Below, piece after piece: positions 9,636 to 22,783 of a stretch of DNA of 64,000 nucleotides (positions within the stretch are counted from its first letter, which is position 1; each line of letters begins with the position of its first letter). The position numbers and the translations under genes were made by a program. Under the pieces are notes generated by a model, which was given only the letters and a program-made list of their open reading frames with translations, searched no databases and was not told where the DNA came from. Source of the DNA: Bigelowiella natans CCMP2755. Lineage: Eukaryota > Protista > Cercozoa. The stretch is taken from contig ADNK01001076.1 of the NCBI GenBank assembly GCA_000320545.1, positions 1-64,000 of the forward strand. Reading direction: 5' to 3'.

Positions 9636-12600
9636 TTATGCAGAGTAGCAATTATGATTGATGAAGAGAATGGCTGCCTTAAGAGGAAGTTGTATGTATG
9701 ATGGCAATAGCAAAAGAAGCAGGAGTATAGTACAATTTAAATTTTACATAGATGGCTAATTTTTGTCTGTCTTGCAACCAATCACAAGTTGACCTGATCG
9801 AAGGTCAGAAGATCTAAGATTCGACGAGCGCTCTTATTCCATGCCTCGTGATGTTGACGACTGATCTCCATCATATCGATGCCAGTGCTAGAAATGCTAG
9901 TGTGCCACTTGGTATCATCCTTAGCTGCTGCTGCTGTTGCTGCTTGTGTTGGCATCTTTGCATCACTACTGGTAATGATACCCTCACCTTTGCTGCTACT
10001 GCTGCTGCTACTACTACTACTTGCAATGAAATCTGCTACTTGAGGCTCGGACAGAGCGCGAAGGAAGCTTGTCTTCTGCGACGGGGGAGGAGGATCTATG
10101 AAAAGCTGATTGCGGAGAATATCGTGAACCATCTTGAATTCCTTCTGCTGAGTCTAAAGTGATATTAAGACTATTATTAGCATTATTATTATGTATTAGT
10201 AGTGGTAGTTGCTGTCTGAGAGGAAGAAAAATACAACATGCACAACGTAATAATATCGTTGATTTAGTTGTTGATATTGCACCAACCAGCAAAGTCCGAA
10301 TTTGATCTCTAAGCTCCATCGCCCGATGCAACTGGTCAGGACTCATTTTCAAGGCCATAGAAAGGGGGTGACTTCCACTGCCACTAGCAACCTCTCGTTT
10401 CGACGACAGTCTGAGGGAAGGGGGGTGGGGCATGGAGGAGGAGGAGGAGGAGGAGGAGGAGGAGAAAGAAGAAGAAACGTCTCTTTATATAATAGAGTCG
10501 AAGAATTGAGCTGTCTTAGTACTATTGCTACGAGGTCATTACGACCTGTTCCCAATGCATGGAAATAATGAAAGACGATGACGACAACGACGACGACATC
10601 GACACGACGATGATGATGATCATGATCATCATCATAACGGAACGGTTTCTACCACCTTTCCTATTATTACCTCTTCCATGACTACTACTACCACTACTAC
10701 TACTACCTACCACCACCAGGCCCTGCTAAGTACTACTCAAGAATCATTACCGATGCGTAGCTTCTGGATGTGTTATCTTTCCGCCACTACTGCTGCTACT
10801 GCTGCTGCTACTGTTGATCATCATCATCGATTCCTCTCGCCTCCTCCTCCTTCCCTTGACTTCTTGCCACAAGAAGCAGAGCAGAGTATTAATGTGGATT
10901 GATTGTTGCATATACTGCTCGAAGGCGGCGAGATGGAATTTGGCTGCAAGGTGACGGCGTTTGTAATGAGTTACTAGATTCTCCACCAGAAATTTCTCCA
11001 ATTCGATCGAAGAGGCAGCCAAGTCGTGATGATCACTGTGCGGCATATTTGCAACGAAGGGGGGGGGGGGGCGATCTTGGCGACCGATGGCGATGATAAG
11101 TATGGAAGAGAGGACGAGGATGAAGGGAAGTGTTGCTGCTGCTGATGATGAGACTGCTGCTGGCGCTTGCTGGTACTGCGATTTCTTCCTTCACCTCCTT
11201 CCTCGTGCATCATCATCATCATCATCATCGACGGTGACTCTGTTATTGGACTTACTGGCTTATTAGTATAGGCACCATCACTCTGTGCGCCTCTCCTCCC
11301 TCCCCCCACCCGTCCCTCTGAAGCGGCCGAGACGACTGCTGTTTTTGTTTCATTGCGACCACGTTCAATCTTGGATATTTGGTTGTTCCGAATAATTGTC
11401 GGGTTATTTGAGGCAGCAGCAGCAGCACTTATTTCTGATTTTATCATCGTATTGCCACTACCCCCCACTGCTGCTGCTGCTGCTGCTGCTGCTAACATTA
11501 TCTTCTGTGCAAGCTGAAAATTCTGGTGGCGTTGACTGTGGCCGCTACTAGCTGCTAATTGCATCAATATTGAATCGGGAGTGTTGGGAGCGGATAAGGA
11601 GGAAAATGGTTGAGGGCGTGGTTGCTGCTGCTGCTGCTGCTGCTGAAACTTGTGCTGCTGCTGCTGTTCCTGCTGCTGCAAGAAAGCTGCTGCTGTAGTA
11701 GTAGGAGTAGTAAATGATGCTGACTGGTGGCTGGACGAGAGAGAAATACGTTCCTTTCTTTTCTGTATTGGACAATAACAATAACACATACAATTTACAT
11801 ATGAATTAAAAAGTGCATTGTTCGAATACGCGTGCGCAAAGGTCTCAGGAACACCATAGCAATTTGTTACTTGTAGAGGTCTACTACCTTCTCAAAGATA
11901 TCCAACGAAGATACCATTGACCGATGTACAATTACCCTAGCCTTGTCGAGAGATTTCTCCAATAGTTCCTGCAGCCACCAAATCCAAATATGAGAATATA
12001 TAAAGACGGCCCCCCTCTTCTTCTCCCCCCTCCTCCTCACCCGCCCACTGCTACTACTACTACTACCACCACCACATCTGCCTTTTATTCAACATAAGAT
12101 CTACTATATCTGCGTATCGTCTTTAGCCTGGCTATTGAAAACTATGAGAACTTATAGCTTTGATCACGATGATGATGATGATGATGATGATACACAATGA
12201 ATATAAGGTTTTTCACTACTATACCAGCACAATGTATTAATAAAGGTGCCTCTGACACCAAACACCACGCTCACTATAAAGAAGGGCTTAAGCGAATAGA
12301 CAAACAACTACTTTGGTAATAAGAGAGTCCTCGAATTTCGGAAGCTTGAGTTTGACCATCTATTAGGAGTAGTAGTGTTTGTTATTTATTGGCTATGGAG
12401 CGAAGAAATGACGTCCAATGTTTGTCACAAGCATGTTTATTGAGTGGGAGAGTAAGGGGAAGAGAAGGGAACTGGAATGGAGTCAGGAATATGATGACCC
12501 AGCAAACACGATCAAATTCACAGCTATCTTCGTACCTCAAATGTCGACTTGACATCCACCTCGCCCCTACCTTCACTTGACGATGATGGTATCTTCAATG

Positions 12601-13212
12601 AACACCAAGATCAATCAGTTTAATGCCGTATCTATGTTGCGGCACAATTAGTCATTACCATGGAGAGATTAAGTCGCTTGTCGCACCGCACGCAGGGCCT
12701 GACACTTCTTGATCGCACCTGTTCACGACCGATCGATGGGGACAAACAGCAAACAGTATTACCATATTGACGATGAACCGGCGCACGCACGCACGCACAC
12801 ATATATTCATAAGATAACGCACCCATAGTGTATGTGGACGGGGGGGGAGGGGGGCACTGTCACATAGAGTATTCGAATTTTGGCATCACCTCTCTGAGTT
12901 CCATCTCAAGATTTGTGATTTGCTCTTTCACTGTTTGCAGCATATCCCTTGTACGACGGCGTGACAGCCTTGCGAGCTCGGCCTTACGAGCCAATCGACG
13001 CTGCTTTATCTCTCGAATTTCAAGCAATTCTGTGTATGTTGTTGTGAGTAACATAGAACTGTTTTAACATTATGAACTACAGAATTAATGTGTGAGTCAT
13101 GACGGTGCAGCTGCTAATGATTAAATACCTTTCATTTGATCAGGCGGCACTTCGACGATAGTTTCGTCTTGATTTGTCGCAGAGCTGCTTTGGGTTGGAG
13201 TGCCGACAAATC

Positions 13213-13247
<35 letters not shown>

Positions 13248-13504
13248 CCCTGCTGCTGATGCTGTTGCGTGTCTACCACAGCCATGGAACTGTCCGAAGT
13301 AATATTCCTCTGCTGCTGCTGCTGCTGCTGCTGCTGTGCATTGGCATCGTGATAGGCAAATGTAGGAACTGGTACGACTGTAGCCGGTGCTGTTGTCGAA
13401 AGTCTCAATGGGTATGTTCCGTAACCGTACTGATACTGCCACTCCTGCTTTGCAGCCTGCTGCCGCTGCTGCTGTAGCTGTCCCGGTTGTTGCTGATGAT
13501 CCAT
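9636..13504 (-). CDS. bZIP transcription factor with Gln/Ser-rich regions
   Basis: Exon near 12890-13060 encodes EIKQRRLARKAELARLSRRRTRDMLQTVKEQITNLEMELRE (basic region plus zipper). The C-terminal ARRILDLLTFDQ|AAILF resembles the end of TGA/DOG1-type domains. Apparent frame shifts occur at homopolymers. Alternative stop at 9782. Confidence 0.7.
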
Positions 13505-13799
13505 TTTGGACTCTCGGGTCTCTTTTACCTCATCATTTTACTTCTGAGTAGCAAAGGAGCGCGTGAGAAAAAATCTCGTGGCACATTGAAAGAGAGAAGA
13601 GAAATAAACTTTCGCCACTAACCCCAGCTACCTTTCATAAAAATGCTCTTGGCCAGCTCACGAAGTCTTCTTCGCCAAGATCCGCCCCGAGCGACTCCGG
13701 AAAAGGCGGGATGGCTGTTTCAGCACGAAATTCAAACGAGGGCGATTGGCTTTGTTGTTGCTAGATTATTAGTTGCCAACGACGCATCATCGTCGTTAT

Positions 13800-14599
13800 T
13801 CATTTTCTCTTCTTCTTATTCCTCCTCTTCTTCTTCTTCCATGATCGCTCCGTAAGAGGGTTCTTTGATAAATCCCACAAGAAGGAAAGGGAACAACGAC
13901 GGGATTCACAAAACGGGACTGTCTTTATGGGCTGCGACTTCGTAAAAAGATCATTTAAAAGAGTTTCCGGAATAATTACACATATCTCTTTTCCAATGCT
14001 TGCCCGGAATGAATACCAGTTGTCGCGAGATAAAACTTGCTTAAATCACGTGGCTTCTTTGGCATGTCGCAGCTCAAAAATCGCATCCGAAATGCCACTC
14101 GTCGGCGGCAAGATTTGCGCTCTCTCGGCTGTAAACGAAATTCCGAGAATTTCGCCCACAGATTTTCGATTTGTTTGAGGCCATATCCAGAGGATTTCCT
14201 CCATGCGTCAACCTCGATACATTGACGGCAAGACCGAAATCCAACCAGTTCGGATGTGAACACAACACCATCATCATTCATCACCTGATTGTCTGCCGCA
14301 GTCTGGTTACAGAGCAGCCAGCCAGGGGGAGAAGATCGGACGGCTGTGTCGATTTTGTAGAAGAGGTGAGATTGGTGTTCTAGACTCTGCGAACATGCCA
14401 ACGTTGAGAAGAAAAAAAGGGCGGAATCATCTAAGGTAGGGTACAATACTCTGGAGTACTCGACTGTAGCGACTATTCATACTATTGCTTCCACCAACTT
14501 CTCAAGGTTTCGATTTGAGACGTTAGTGTGTATTGGAATCTCAGCACGACAATCTCCAAAGATCCGCCAGTAAATAACCTTGGAGAACATTGGTGTCAT
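13800..14599 (-). CDS. Hypothetical protein (multi-exon)
   Basis: MTPMFSKVIYWRIFGDCRAEIP..LVEAI|SLEHQSHLFYKIDTAVRSSPPGWLLCNQ..|VDAWRKSSGYGLKQIENLWAKF.. with plausible splice sites; no homology recognised. Confidence 0.35.
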
Positions 14600-14879
14600 T
14601 TACTAATCTAATTCCATCTTATCAGTTTACTCGCTAACATCATGGAAACAGTCAAGTCAAACTTCCCAATAGCGTTTGTGGTATTTTAAAACAAATTACG
14701 TCATTGATGCAAAGGGAGAGTCAATAAAAATTATTTCTATTCACAGTTACTGCTCATTGGAGAAGAAGTAGGAAGAAGGGTACTTCATGCTATCAAGCAG
14801 CAGCAGTAGAAAAATGACAACAGACTACTGGTGATGAAAATAATAAATACGACGACATAATTCATGAATTTATAATTAG

Positions 14880-16925
14880 ATGCTCAGCTATCAAGACTAT
14901 GCATACTTCTCAACTATTTTACTGAGCCTCAACACGGTAGCTGTTGTGTTTGTGGGACCGTGTCCCTGTATAATTTTTTCGTTGGCTAATCTGCTATTTG
15001 CTTTTGCATAGCTAATGATGTGTCAAATACAATCAAAGATCAGTCTTGGTTGCATGTGATAGAGCGAGATTTTGCAGTTGAATTTGTCATTGAACTCTTC
15101 TAATTTCTATACTATCCAATAATCTCTGCATATGTTCTCCCTAGCCTCTATGGTGCTTTTACCAAGTGATGCATCCGTTATCATTTGTATGGAATGAAAT
15201 CGCCTTTTCTTATCTTCCGAGAAAGGTAAAGTATGTGGTACGGGGAGGTTAAATACTGGGTTTATCCATCAACCGATTTTAACCAAAGTGTACATCAGGT
15301 TGTTGTAGAAAGCGCGCGTAATCGCGAGAACATGTGGATCCTTTTCTCACTGCTCCACATCTTGGCAGTGATGCTTTATTTTCCATGCTACATACTGGTA
15401 TCTACACAACAGCGAGATTCAACTATTGGCTATTTACCACAAGTTTTCCATCAAACGATTCCAATATCTTCTCCCTCGACTTCTTATTCTTGTCAGTACC
15501 GTTTCTCCGACGCCATTGGGCCATTGCTCCATCACTTTCCTATGCTACTGCTGCTGCTGCCAAAGTTTTCGTCTGAGTTGTCTTCTACATTCAACTACGT
15601 GGGTTTCATGACGGGGAGGGAGCCGGTCCTGGTTCTTGAAGATATTGCAATGAATGGTATTGGTACTGGCGATTTGCCGGATAGAGGCACCGATAATATG
15701 GGGAAATTTGCCTCGTCGTCGTCGTCCATGACAATGGTCATTTGTGATCTGGGAGCCATCTCCATGGCCCTGGCTACCATCTCTATTATCCAAAGTAACA
15801 ATAACAGTGAAAATTAGACTTGCAAAATTCGATTACATGTAAATATATACGATATTACTATCGCGATGAATCCACAGACAAGCACAATACTGCAACATAG
15901 CTTGACACAAATTATTTGTTCAGCGTTGGTGCATATACTCTCTCGTGATTCGTCAAAGTGCATAAGTAGTAGCACTTGGAGCAATTGCGGAAACAATTCT
16001 AAGAGGAATAAGGTAGTGACTTCGGAGGGAACATTTGGTCACGAACTATCATCCCCTGCTACCACGCACAATGGGCGAGGCATAAAATCAAGCGTCAATA
16101 CTTGTTGCTATTATCACCAGGATAGAGGAAAGTTTCCCGCTTCGTTATTGTCTCCAGAGGATCTCGAATGCCACTCTGACTCCTCGACATACGCAACAGC
16201 TAGCATGTGGTTAGGGTAATCATGAGGAGCCACCATTGTGTTTATGTATGTTTTAGCAGAGGTGTTGACCGTGTCTCCATTTATGGACAACTTAAAATAT
16301 TGTTATATATAGTTACGTGGGGTGAGTGCATGTGTGTGTTGGAGGAGATACACATAAATTTATAATAGCTTGAACCATTTCAGGTACTCATGTATTCTTT
16401 ATGCTGCGGCGTCCGCCATGGACCTCAACAAGAGAAAATCTGCTTTTGTAAGTACTACATCACGATGAAGAACTTATTGGATGTCAAAAGAAATATTCCT
16501 TCTCACTTATCAGGTTATTCCATTAGCAATGCTGGTTCTTATGCCTATGGTAAAAAAATGTCATTATTTATACGATGCTCGAAATATCGAAGGAATCATA
16601 GGTTTATGTATCTGTTCGTTTGGTAGGTCCAATTTGCATACGTCGTGTACGAGTGTGGGAGAACGTCAGTGCTAAACCATTCTGCTTCGACGGTTTATGG
16701 TGGTGGACTGATATACTGTTGCTTGACATTGTAAAATAACTCACATAGTTACTCGACTTTCATGAGGCTCGCGGCATTCCTCACCCTAATTCTTTTCTTA
16801 ATGACGGCTAACGCGGTAATGTGTTCATTTTGCAATCGTACAGCAGAGATGTTGATGAAGTCGTTTTTTTTTTATAGATTTTAGAAGCTGATCAGGAGGA
16901 AAGCTTACACACAGCAAATAATTGA
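14880..16925 (+). CDS. Multi-exon multi-pass membrane protein of unknown family
   Basis: Hydrophobic exons bounded by AG/GT (YAYFSTILLSLNTVAVVFV; MWILFSLLHILA; VIPLAMLVLMPM; FMRLAAFLTLILFLMTANA|ILEADQEESLHTANN*). Start uncertain. Confidence 0.45.
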
Positions 16926-16929
16926 GGCA

Positions 16930-17157
16930 TTGGAGACGAAAAACTACCTTGCGCCCTATGCTAGGTTAGACATTTAAGTCCTGCTAGCAATAATTCGACC
17001 TCAGCAATTGTAAGATATATGCGCTCAGTAGCACAATTCGATATTATAGGAACAGCATGTAAATGGTCTAATTTTGACATGCTGGCATGCTTTACTGATT
17101 CCTATAATAATTCATGTGCTCATCATCATTGATGCTTGCTATATTGTAAATATGTAT

Positions 17158-17194
<37 letters not shown>

Positions 17195-17486
17195 TATATC
17201 GCACTGCAAAACTACTCATCATAGCCAGATAGCTTGATAAACATGAGACGGATGTAATGAAAATAATTACATTTATTGAATAGTCATTCTAATGGTGCTT
17301 TGCAAACAAAGATGCAGCTACAGCACTTAGTTCTGTTGTGTCTATTTGTTGGCAAATGTACGTGAGAGGGATGTAATTAAATAATTGCATTTTTTCAATA
17401 GTCGTCCTAATGTCGCTGTGCAAAGATGTCTAGATGCATGCTAGATACACCGTAGGGCACAAGCATGTGGCTCTGGGCGCATGCAA

Positions 17487-17530
<44 letters not shown>

Positions 17531-18020
17531 ACACACAGTTTATCAGTAGTATGCGCGTACAATCTGAGCAATCTAATAGCAATCTAGTAATGCTGAATGC
17601 GCCATGTTGTCTACAATGAGTGCCCTGCTTTAGTTTCTATAAGATGTGCAGCTTATCATCAACAATTCTTGTATACTTGCGCACAATTCTATATATAATG
17701 TGTACATGATTAACATGCACGCGCTCTCAGTGGCACAGAATTGCGCAGCTAGAGCCATGTAGCAAAATATTAGACAGTAGGCACAGTAACTTCTTATGTC
17801 ATACATGTTACGTTGTGTAAAATAGACACGGTAATATTATATGTATGACATATATGTTATATCACGTTGTCTATAATCAAATGTCATTTTTGTTAGTGCG
17901 TGCGGTCGGTGCTATCACCCCTGGCGGAAGACATGTGCCAATAAGTTCTTGCATGCTACACATTCCATATTACATTGTGCGTATGTGTATGTGTGTGTAT
18001 ACACAATGTGTATTATATAC

Positions 18021-18057
<37 letters not shown>

Positions 18058-18130
18058 CAATATAGTAAAATGATTCAATGCTCAACATGCAGACAAAATT
18101 CGAGCCGGTTTAGATTCCTTTGATTATTTT
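16930..18130. other. Convergent intergenic tract (TGCA/CATG/CTAG-rich, with TA and GT microsatellites)
   Basis: Lies between facing stop codons; contains two motif copies. Confidence 0.6.
17243..17424 (+). repeat. Bipartite motif copies 2 and 3 (direct repeat, about 119 bp apart)
   Basis: ATGAGACGGATGTAATGAAAATAATTACATTTATTGAATAGTCATTCTAATGGTGCTTTGCAAA versus GTGAGAGGGATGTAATTAAATAATTGCATTTTTTCAATAGTCGTCCTAATGTCGCTGTGCAAA. Confidence 0.85.
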
Positions 18131-18140
18131 TTACATGGAT

Positions 18141-18953
18141 TTATTCATCATCCTCTGCCTGATTACGGATTTTTCTAGCAATAACAAGCGCCTTATCTGC
18201 GTTCTTTAGTGCCTTTTTCTTCCACAGGGTTTTGCGGTGGCGTTTTTTCTGCTTCGAGTGCCTCTTCTTTGGAACAGCATCGCAGCTGACATCGCGCTCT
18301 TGGAATCCAGTCAGTTCTGGGAATCCAAATTCTAAGAGAGATAATATAAATCATCATTGTTTATAATCTTAGATTTCATTTCGTTAAAATGTCCACATCC
18401 CTATCCCCATTTTTCGTTTTGGGGGGGGGTCTCATCATTTTTACAAAGTAAGTTTTCCTATTTTGGCAGGTGAAAACAGAATGTTTCTAATTGAAGTCTA
18501 CGAGAAAGATAATTTGTAAATGTAACTAGGCAGCCTAAAATGCATCTAGAGTGTTTTAACTCAGTAGTTAAAGTGTGGACTGATTTAACCATCTCGTACA
18601 TGAACGGTATACAAAGTGTAGTTTGACTAATTGACCCCAAGTATTATCTTTCACAACGCAACATTTTCATATCTAAGAATAATTTCGTTTAAATTTAACA
18701 ACTATACACTATTTCTGTATCTACCGAATGTTTGAAGAGGTTGTGAACTTCTGAAGAGCGAAGGTGCGCTCGGCGAAGAGACCATACGCATGTTGTTACC
18801 CAATGGCGACATCATACCACTCATCGCGGTGGGGGCACGGCTGGTAGCTAAAGAAGTTCCAAGGTAATTGGTGTTTTTGGCTACAAAGAGTACCGCCAGG
18901 AGTGCAAGCAGAGCCACATTCAAGGCCTGCGAAAGGGCGAGAGGGGACGCCAT
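18141..18953 (-). CDS. rpl32: Nucleus-encoded plastid ribosomal protein L32 with bipartite leader (2 exons)
   Basis: Exon 1 encodes a signal peptide (ALSQALNVALLALLAVLFV) and a Ser/Arg-rich transit peptide. After a phase-1 intron, exon 2 reads ..RDVSCDAVPKKRHSKQKKRHRKTLWKKKALKNADKALVIARKI..*, matching the L32 AVPKKR..S..K signature. Confidence 0.9.
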
Positions 18954-19335
18954 TCTGTGGTGCAGTACCCTACGGACACGAACTCAGACTTTAAGCTACG
19001 CATCAAAAAAGGAGAAATTCATACTTTTGCAGTTTCTGAAAGCATCGCGACATGCTTTCAAAACCAAATTTTCTCTGTTTCGAGTCCTATTTTACCAGCA
19101 TGTATGCAGGTTTTGGCTCGCAATTTTAGTCGCCGGGAATGATTAATTTATCGCTGTCTTCCAGAATAAGACTTTCAAAGACTTTTACATCTCTATAATA
19201 CCAGAAATGAATAAGGTTCGTATCCTGCGACATGAAATTATTTGAGATGTCGTAAGACACAGATTATGGACATTTCATTATTGCGACCTCTAAAACTTCG
19301 ACTATAACACGTTTTCGCCTGCTGCCCCCCAGTCC

Positions 19336-20123
19336 ATGTTCCGGTGTTTGCAAAACTTGAACAGGAGGATGGGGGGGGTACGAAGACGGTTCCGAGTTGA
19401 CGGAAATTTTGCCAGGCTCCTTCATGTATCCCAAAGAATCCCTGAAACTGTTAACATAGGACGTTATCGCCACCCTGCCAGAAGTCTACCAATGCCATGG
19501 TGCGTGCTCGTAATCAAAACACGTGTCGGTCGTCAGTGTTGGTGGGGTGTAAATTTCTTGTTCTTACTAGGCGATGTCATAATCGTAAACCCCCCCATTC
19601 TGTGATGAAAATGCGGCGCCGATTCTCTTCAATCTCAATGAAGGATATCGAGGTCTTGTCCCTGGCAGGCTGGGATTGGCGGGACAACGTGCCTATTCGT
19701 TCTTTATCTAATAATCAAGATAAAATGTTGGCATCCTCCTCAGCCCGCCTCCTGGACAAGCATTTTAAAGGAGGGTGGAATCTCAAAGTGGGGGCTGCCA
19801 CAGCTGACCAATTCCCTTCCAATGGATTGTAATGATCAATCATGCCTCTCTTACTCTTCTGCAATACAACCCAAACTCTTCCTACTGAATAGTTTATGAA
19901 CTTGTTCCATTTCGAGGAATTTTTAAAGTTTAATCTTTGTTGAATTGGACAAATTCCATCATACTAAATCAGGAGGTCAAAAGGACTTCACCCTGAAATT
20001 GCATTTGTTGGCCGCTCTAATGTCGGCAAAAGGTTGCAGTCAAATTTATATAGTCAATAGAATATCTTTGAATGTTTCTTGTACTTATCTGTTACGCATA
20101 AATTCATACAGTTTTCTGCTTTC

Positions 20124-20185
<62 letters not shown>

Positions 20186-20411
20186 CTTGCAATCCAGTTC
20201 TACTACTCACTGTGGTATGATTTGTTTAATCCATGAATGAATCAGCACGTTGATAAATGCTCTGGTGTCCCAAAAACTAGCACACACTTCTAAGACACCA
20301 GGGAGGACACAACAGGTCGGTCCCACAATTTTCGTTCATTATCAAACATCTCCCTTCACCTCCTACCTAATCACACAAACAAATATTTTTTATATGTCCA
20401 TATTATATATA

Positions 20412-20454
<43 letters not shown>

Positions 20455-20946
20455 TATGTGCGTGTATGTGTGCGTGTGTGTGTGTCATTTGCTTGCGTAA
20501 ATTATTCGGTCTTTATGTCTTTTAGATCAACTTCTTCTATCGAAAGCCTTATGAGCAGCGCTACATCGGTAGTGGGAAAGATGCGTCTTCATCCACCATT
20601 ACCTACCTCATCATCGTCACTACCACACAACAATTCAGTCGATCTTCCTGGCTATGGCTTTGCTAAGGCGCCTGTGAAAGTTGTCGAAGAATGGAACGTT
20701 CTTATCGGTACTACTACCATATGAAAGTTGTTTTATGTACAGTCGCAGCACCAAGAGCGCCCTAATGGGCATACTGCAAAATTTTCAGCCCCACCATGAA
20801 CTACATGAATGCACCCTGAGGGAGCTAATATATGATGCTTCCATACAGGTGCTTACACAAGAATGAGAGAAGCTTTAGTACGAATGTTCGTTCTCATTGA
20901 CAATAGAAGGTGTGTCTTGACTGCTCACGTCCCTCTCCTAACTTCT

Positions 20947-20988
<42 letters not shown>

Positions 20989-21539
20989 TGTGTGTATCGA
21001 TGTTCTTTCATATGGTGCAAGATTCATAACGGTGCTTATATATTTGAAGGGGCTTAACAACGAATGATAAAGAATTTCTGGATTTTCTTGAGGAGTAAGC
21101 AAAAGAAGAATATATGCAACATGCACTATACCTACCCACATACAAGTACTGTTTGTTTTTAACACACACACGCATCCACACGCGCAAATGCAAATAAAAA
21201 TGCAAATGCTACTCTTTGTTTGAATGTTCTTAAAGACTTAGAATTCCTCACCAAATCCTAGTCACTAAAGTGGATCGAACAAGGCAAGATTGACTATTTT
21301 GCGAATCCATGCGTTGTTATTATCTAATGTTCGTTTCCTCAGACGCATGATATAAAATGTGATTGAAACGCAGGTTGTTTGACCTGGAGACTTGCATGAA
21401 CGGCATTTCTGCACACCTTCATGATTCGAAAGCTGTCTACACTGAAAGAATTCTTCACCCTGTGAGCGCAAAGACGGGCCACGGTGTACCTGCATTGAGA
21501 GAGCTTGCATTAAGCCTACTCTCAGACATTCTTCGGTGA
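19336..21539 (+). CDS. engB: EngB/YihA/YsxC-family ribosome-biogenesis GTPase, probably organelle-targeted
   Basis: PEIAFVGRSNVGKS|TLINAL..TSKTPGRTQQ|INFF..|VDLPGYGFAKAP..|MFVLIDNRR|GL...D..FL..|ILVTKVD|..VSAKTGHGVPALRE. One GC-AG intron near 21283; start uncertain. Confidence 0.9.
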
Positions 21540-21625
21540 TCACAGCGATGCGATGGAATGCGAATGTCTCTATGTGAAATTCTTTACGTAGATTTCAGCT
21601 TGCGTTGCCATTGCGATAGTAAATG

Positions 21626-21699
<74 letters not shown>

Positions 21700-21879
21700 T
21701 ACATCTAGATATGCGCGTGAACAATACACCTTAACACAGCGATGGCTATACGTACCGCAGCAGAGCTATCCTTATCTGAGTAGTGCATGCACATTAGCTT
21801 GCTTTAGATTGTGATTAAGGCTCTTTAAATGTTTGCGAAATTATGCCTAGTAAGCACAGCCTACATGCTAGCGTGTCGT

Positions 21880-21930
21880 ATGACACGGGCGTAATAAATT
21901 GGTTGCATCTTTTCAATCATCATCCTAACG
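21880..21930 (+). repeat. Bipartite motif copy 4 (diverged)
   Basis: ATGACACGGGCGTAATAAATTGGTTGCATCTTTTCAATCATCATCCTAA. Confidence 0.7.
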
Positions 21931-22371
21931 TAGCTATGACGATGCCGGTACGATACTAGCGCTAGCTAGCTAGAGCGTACCGACCATCCGACCATGCATG
22001 CATGCCTAGATATATGTGCAGCGTGCATTGATGGGACACAGCCTAGACAGCACGAGGCGCCATCTGGCAAGCCATGTAGCGGGCTCGATCGAGTGCACCT
22101 CTAGACCTTGCTAGCTTGTTTGCTCGCATGCAGGTATAGTCAGCGTCTTCACCTTGGATATGGCCTTGCGAGCAAATTCACAATACAAAAGGGACTCATC
22201 ACACACAAGTAGCTCAGAGCTCGCATGCAATGCGCACCTAGTAGACACTAGGACACCCTGCTAGCCTGCGCCGCTCAAGTGCACACAAGCTAGCAAGCTA
22301 GCAAGTGCCAAAGTGCAGTGAATTGTTGTCGCGCTACATCTAGCTAGCTAGACATGTGCTGTATGTTCTCC

Positions 22372-22431
22372 GGATGACAATTGAAAGAATTTGAACACCG
22401 TCACTAGCTAGTTCATTGCATCCGTCTCACA
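22372..22431 (-). repeat. Bipartite motif copy 5
   Basis: Reverse complement TGTGAGACGGATGCAATGAA...TTCTTTCAATTGTCATCC. Confidence 0.8.
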
Positions 22432-22783
22432 CAATACATGTTTTTCGATCGCACATGTCCAATGTGTGTTGCATGCTTGCATTTGTTGTGGTCTGAAAAG
22501 GGCGCACAGCACACCTGTATGAACAAATGACCTGCACAGCCAAAATCCATAATCGACATTCAGACATTCCAAAAATTTGAGAATGTTCACGCTATACTTG
22601 CTTTGATTACATTTGTATGCAGAGGCCAGAATCTAGTATGCAGATGGCTCATTTGCATAGTGCCTTGGTGCAGGAACATGTGCGTAGGTGTAGAGCTACG
22701 CAATAGGGCTAGAGGGCCGTCTTATCTAAAATTGAAGCTAGGAAATATACTCTCATCAAAGAGGAATGCTTTTGTTGCCGTGG

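Larger units (their letters stand above)
21545..22780. other. Convergent intergenic CTAG-rich tract
   Basis: Dense GCTAGCTAGC, CATG and TGCA between the EngB stop and the C2-gene stop. Confidence 0.8.

Noticed and set aside
10400-11080. Frameshifts in the bZIP gene as pseudogenisation or programmed frameshifting
   Set aside because: They fall at a long G homopolymer and a GGA repeat, so sequencing error or small unrecognised introns are more likely. Needs a read check.
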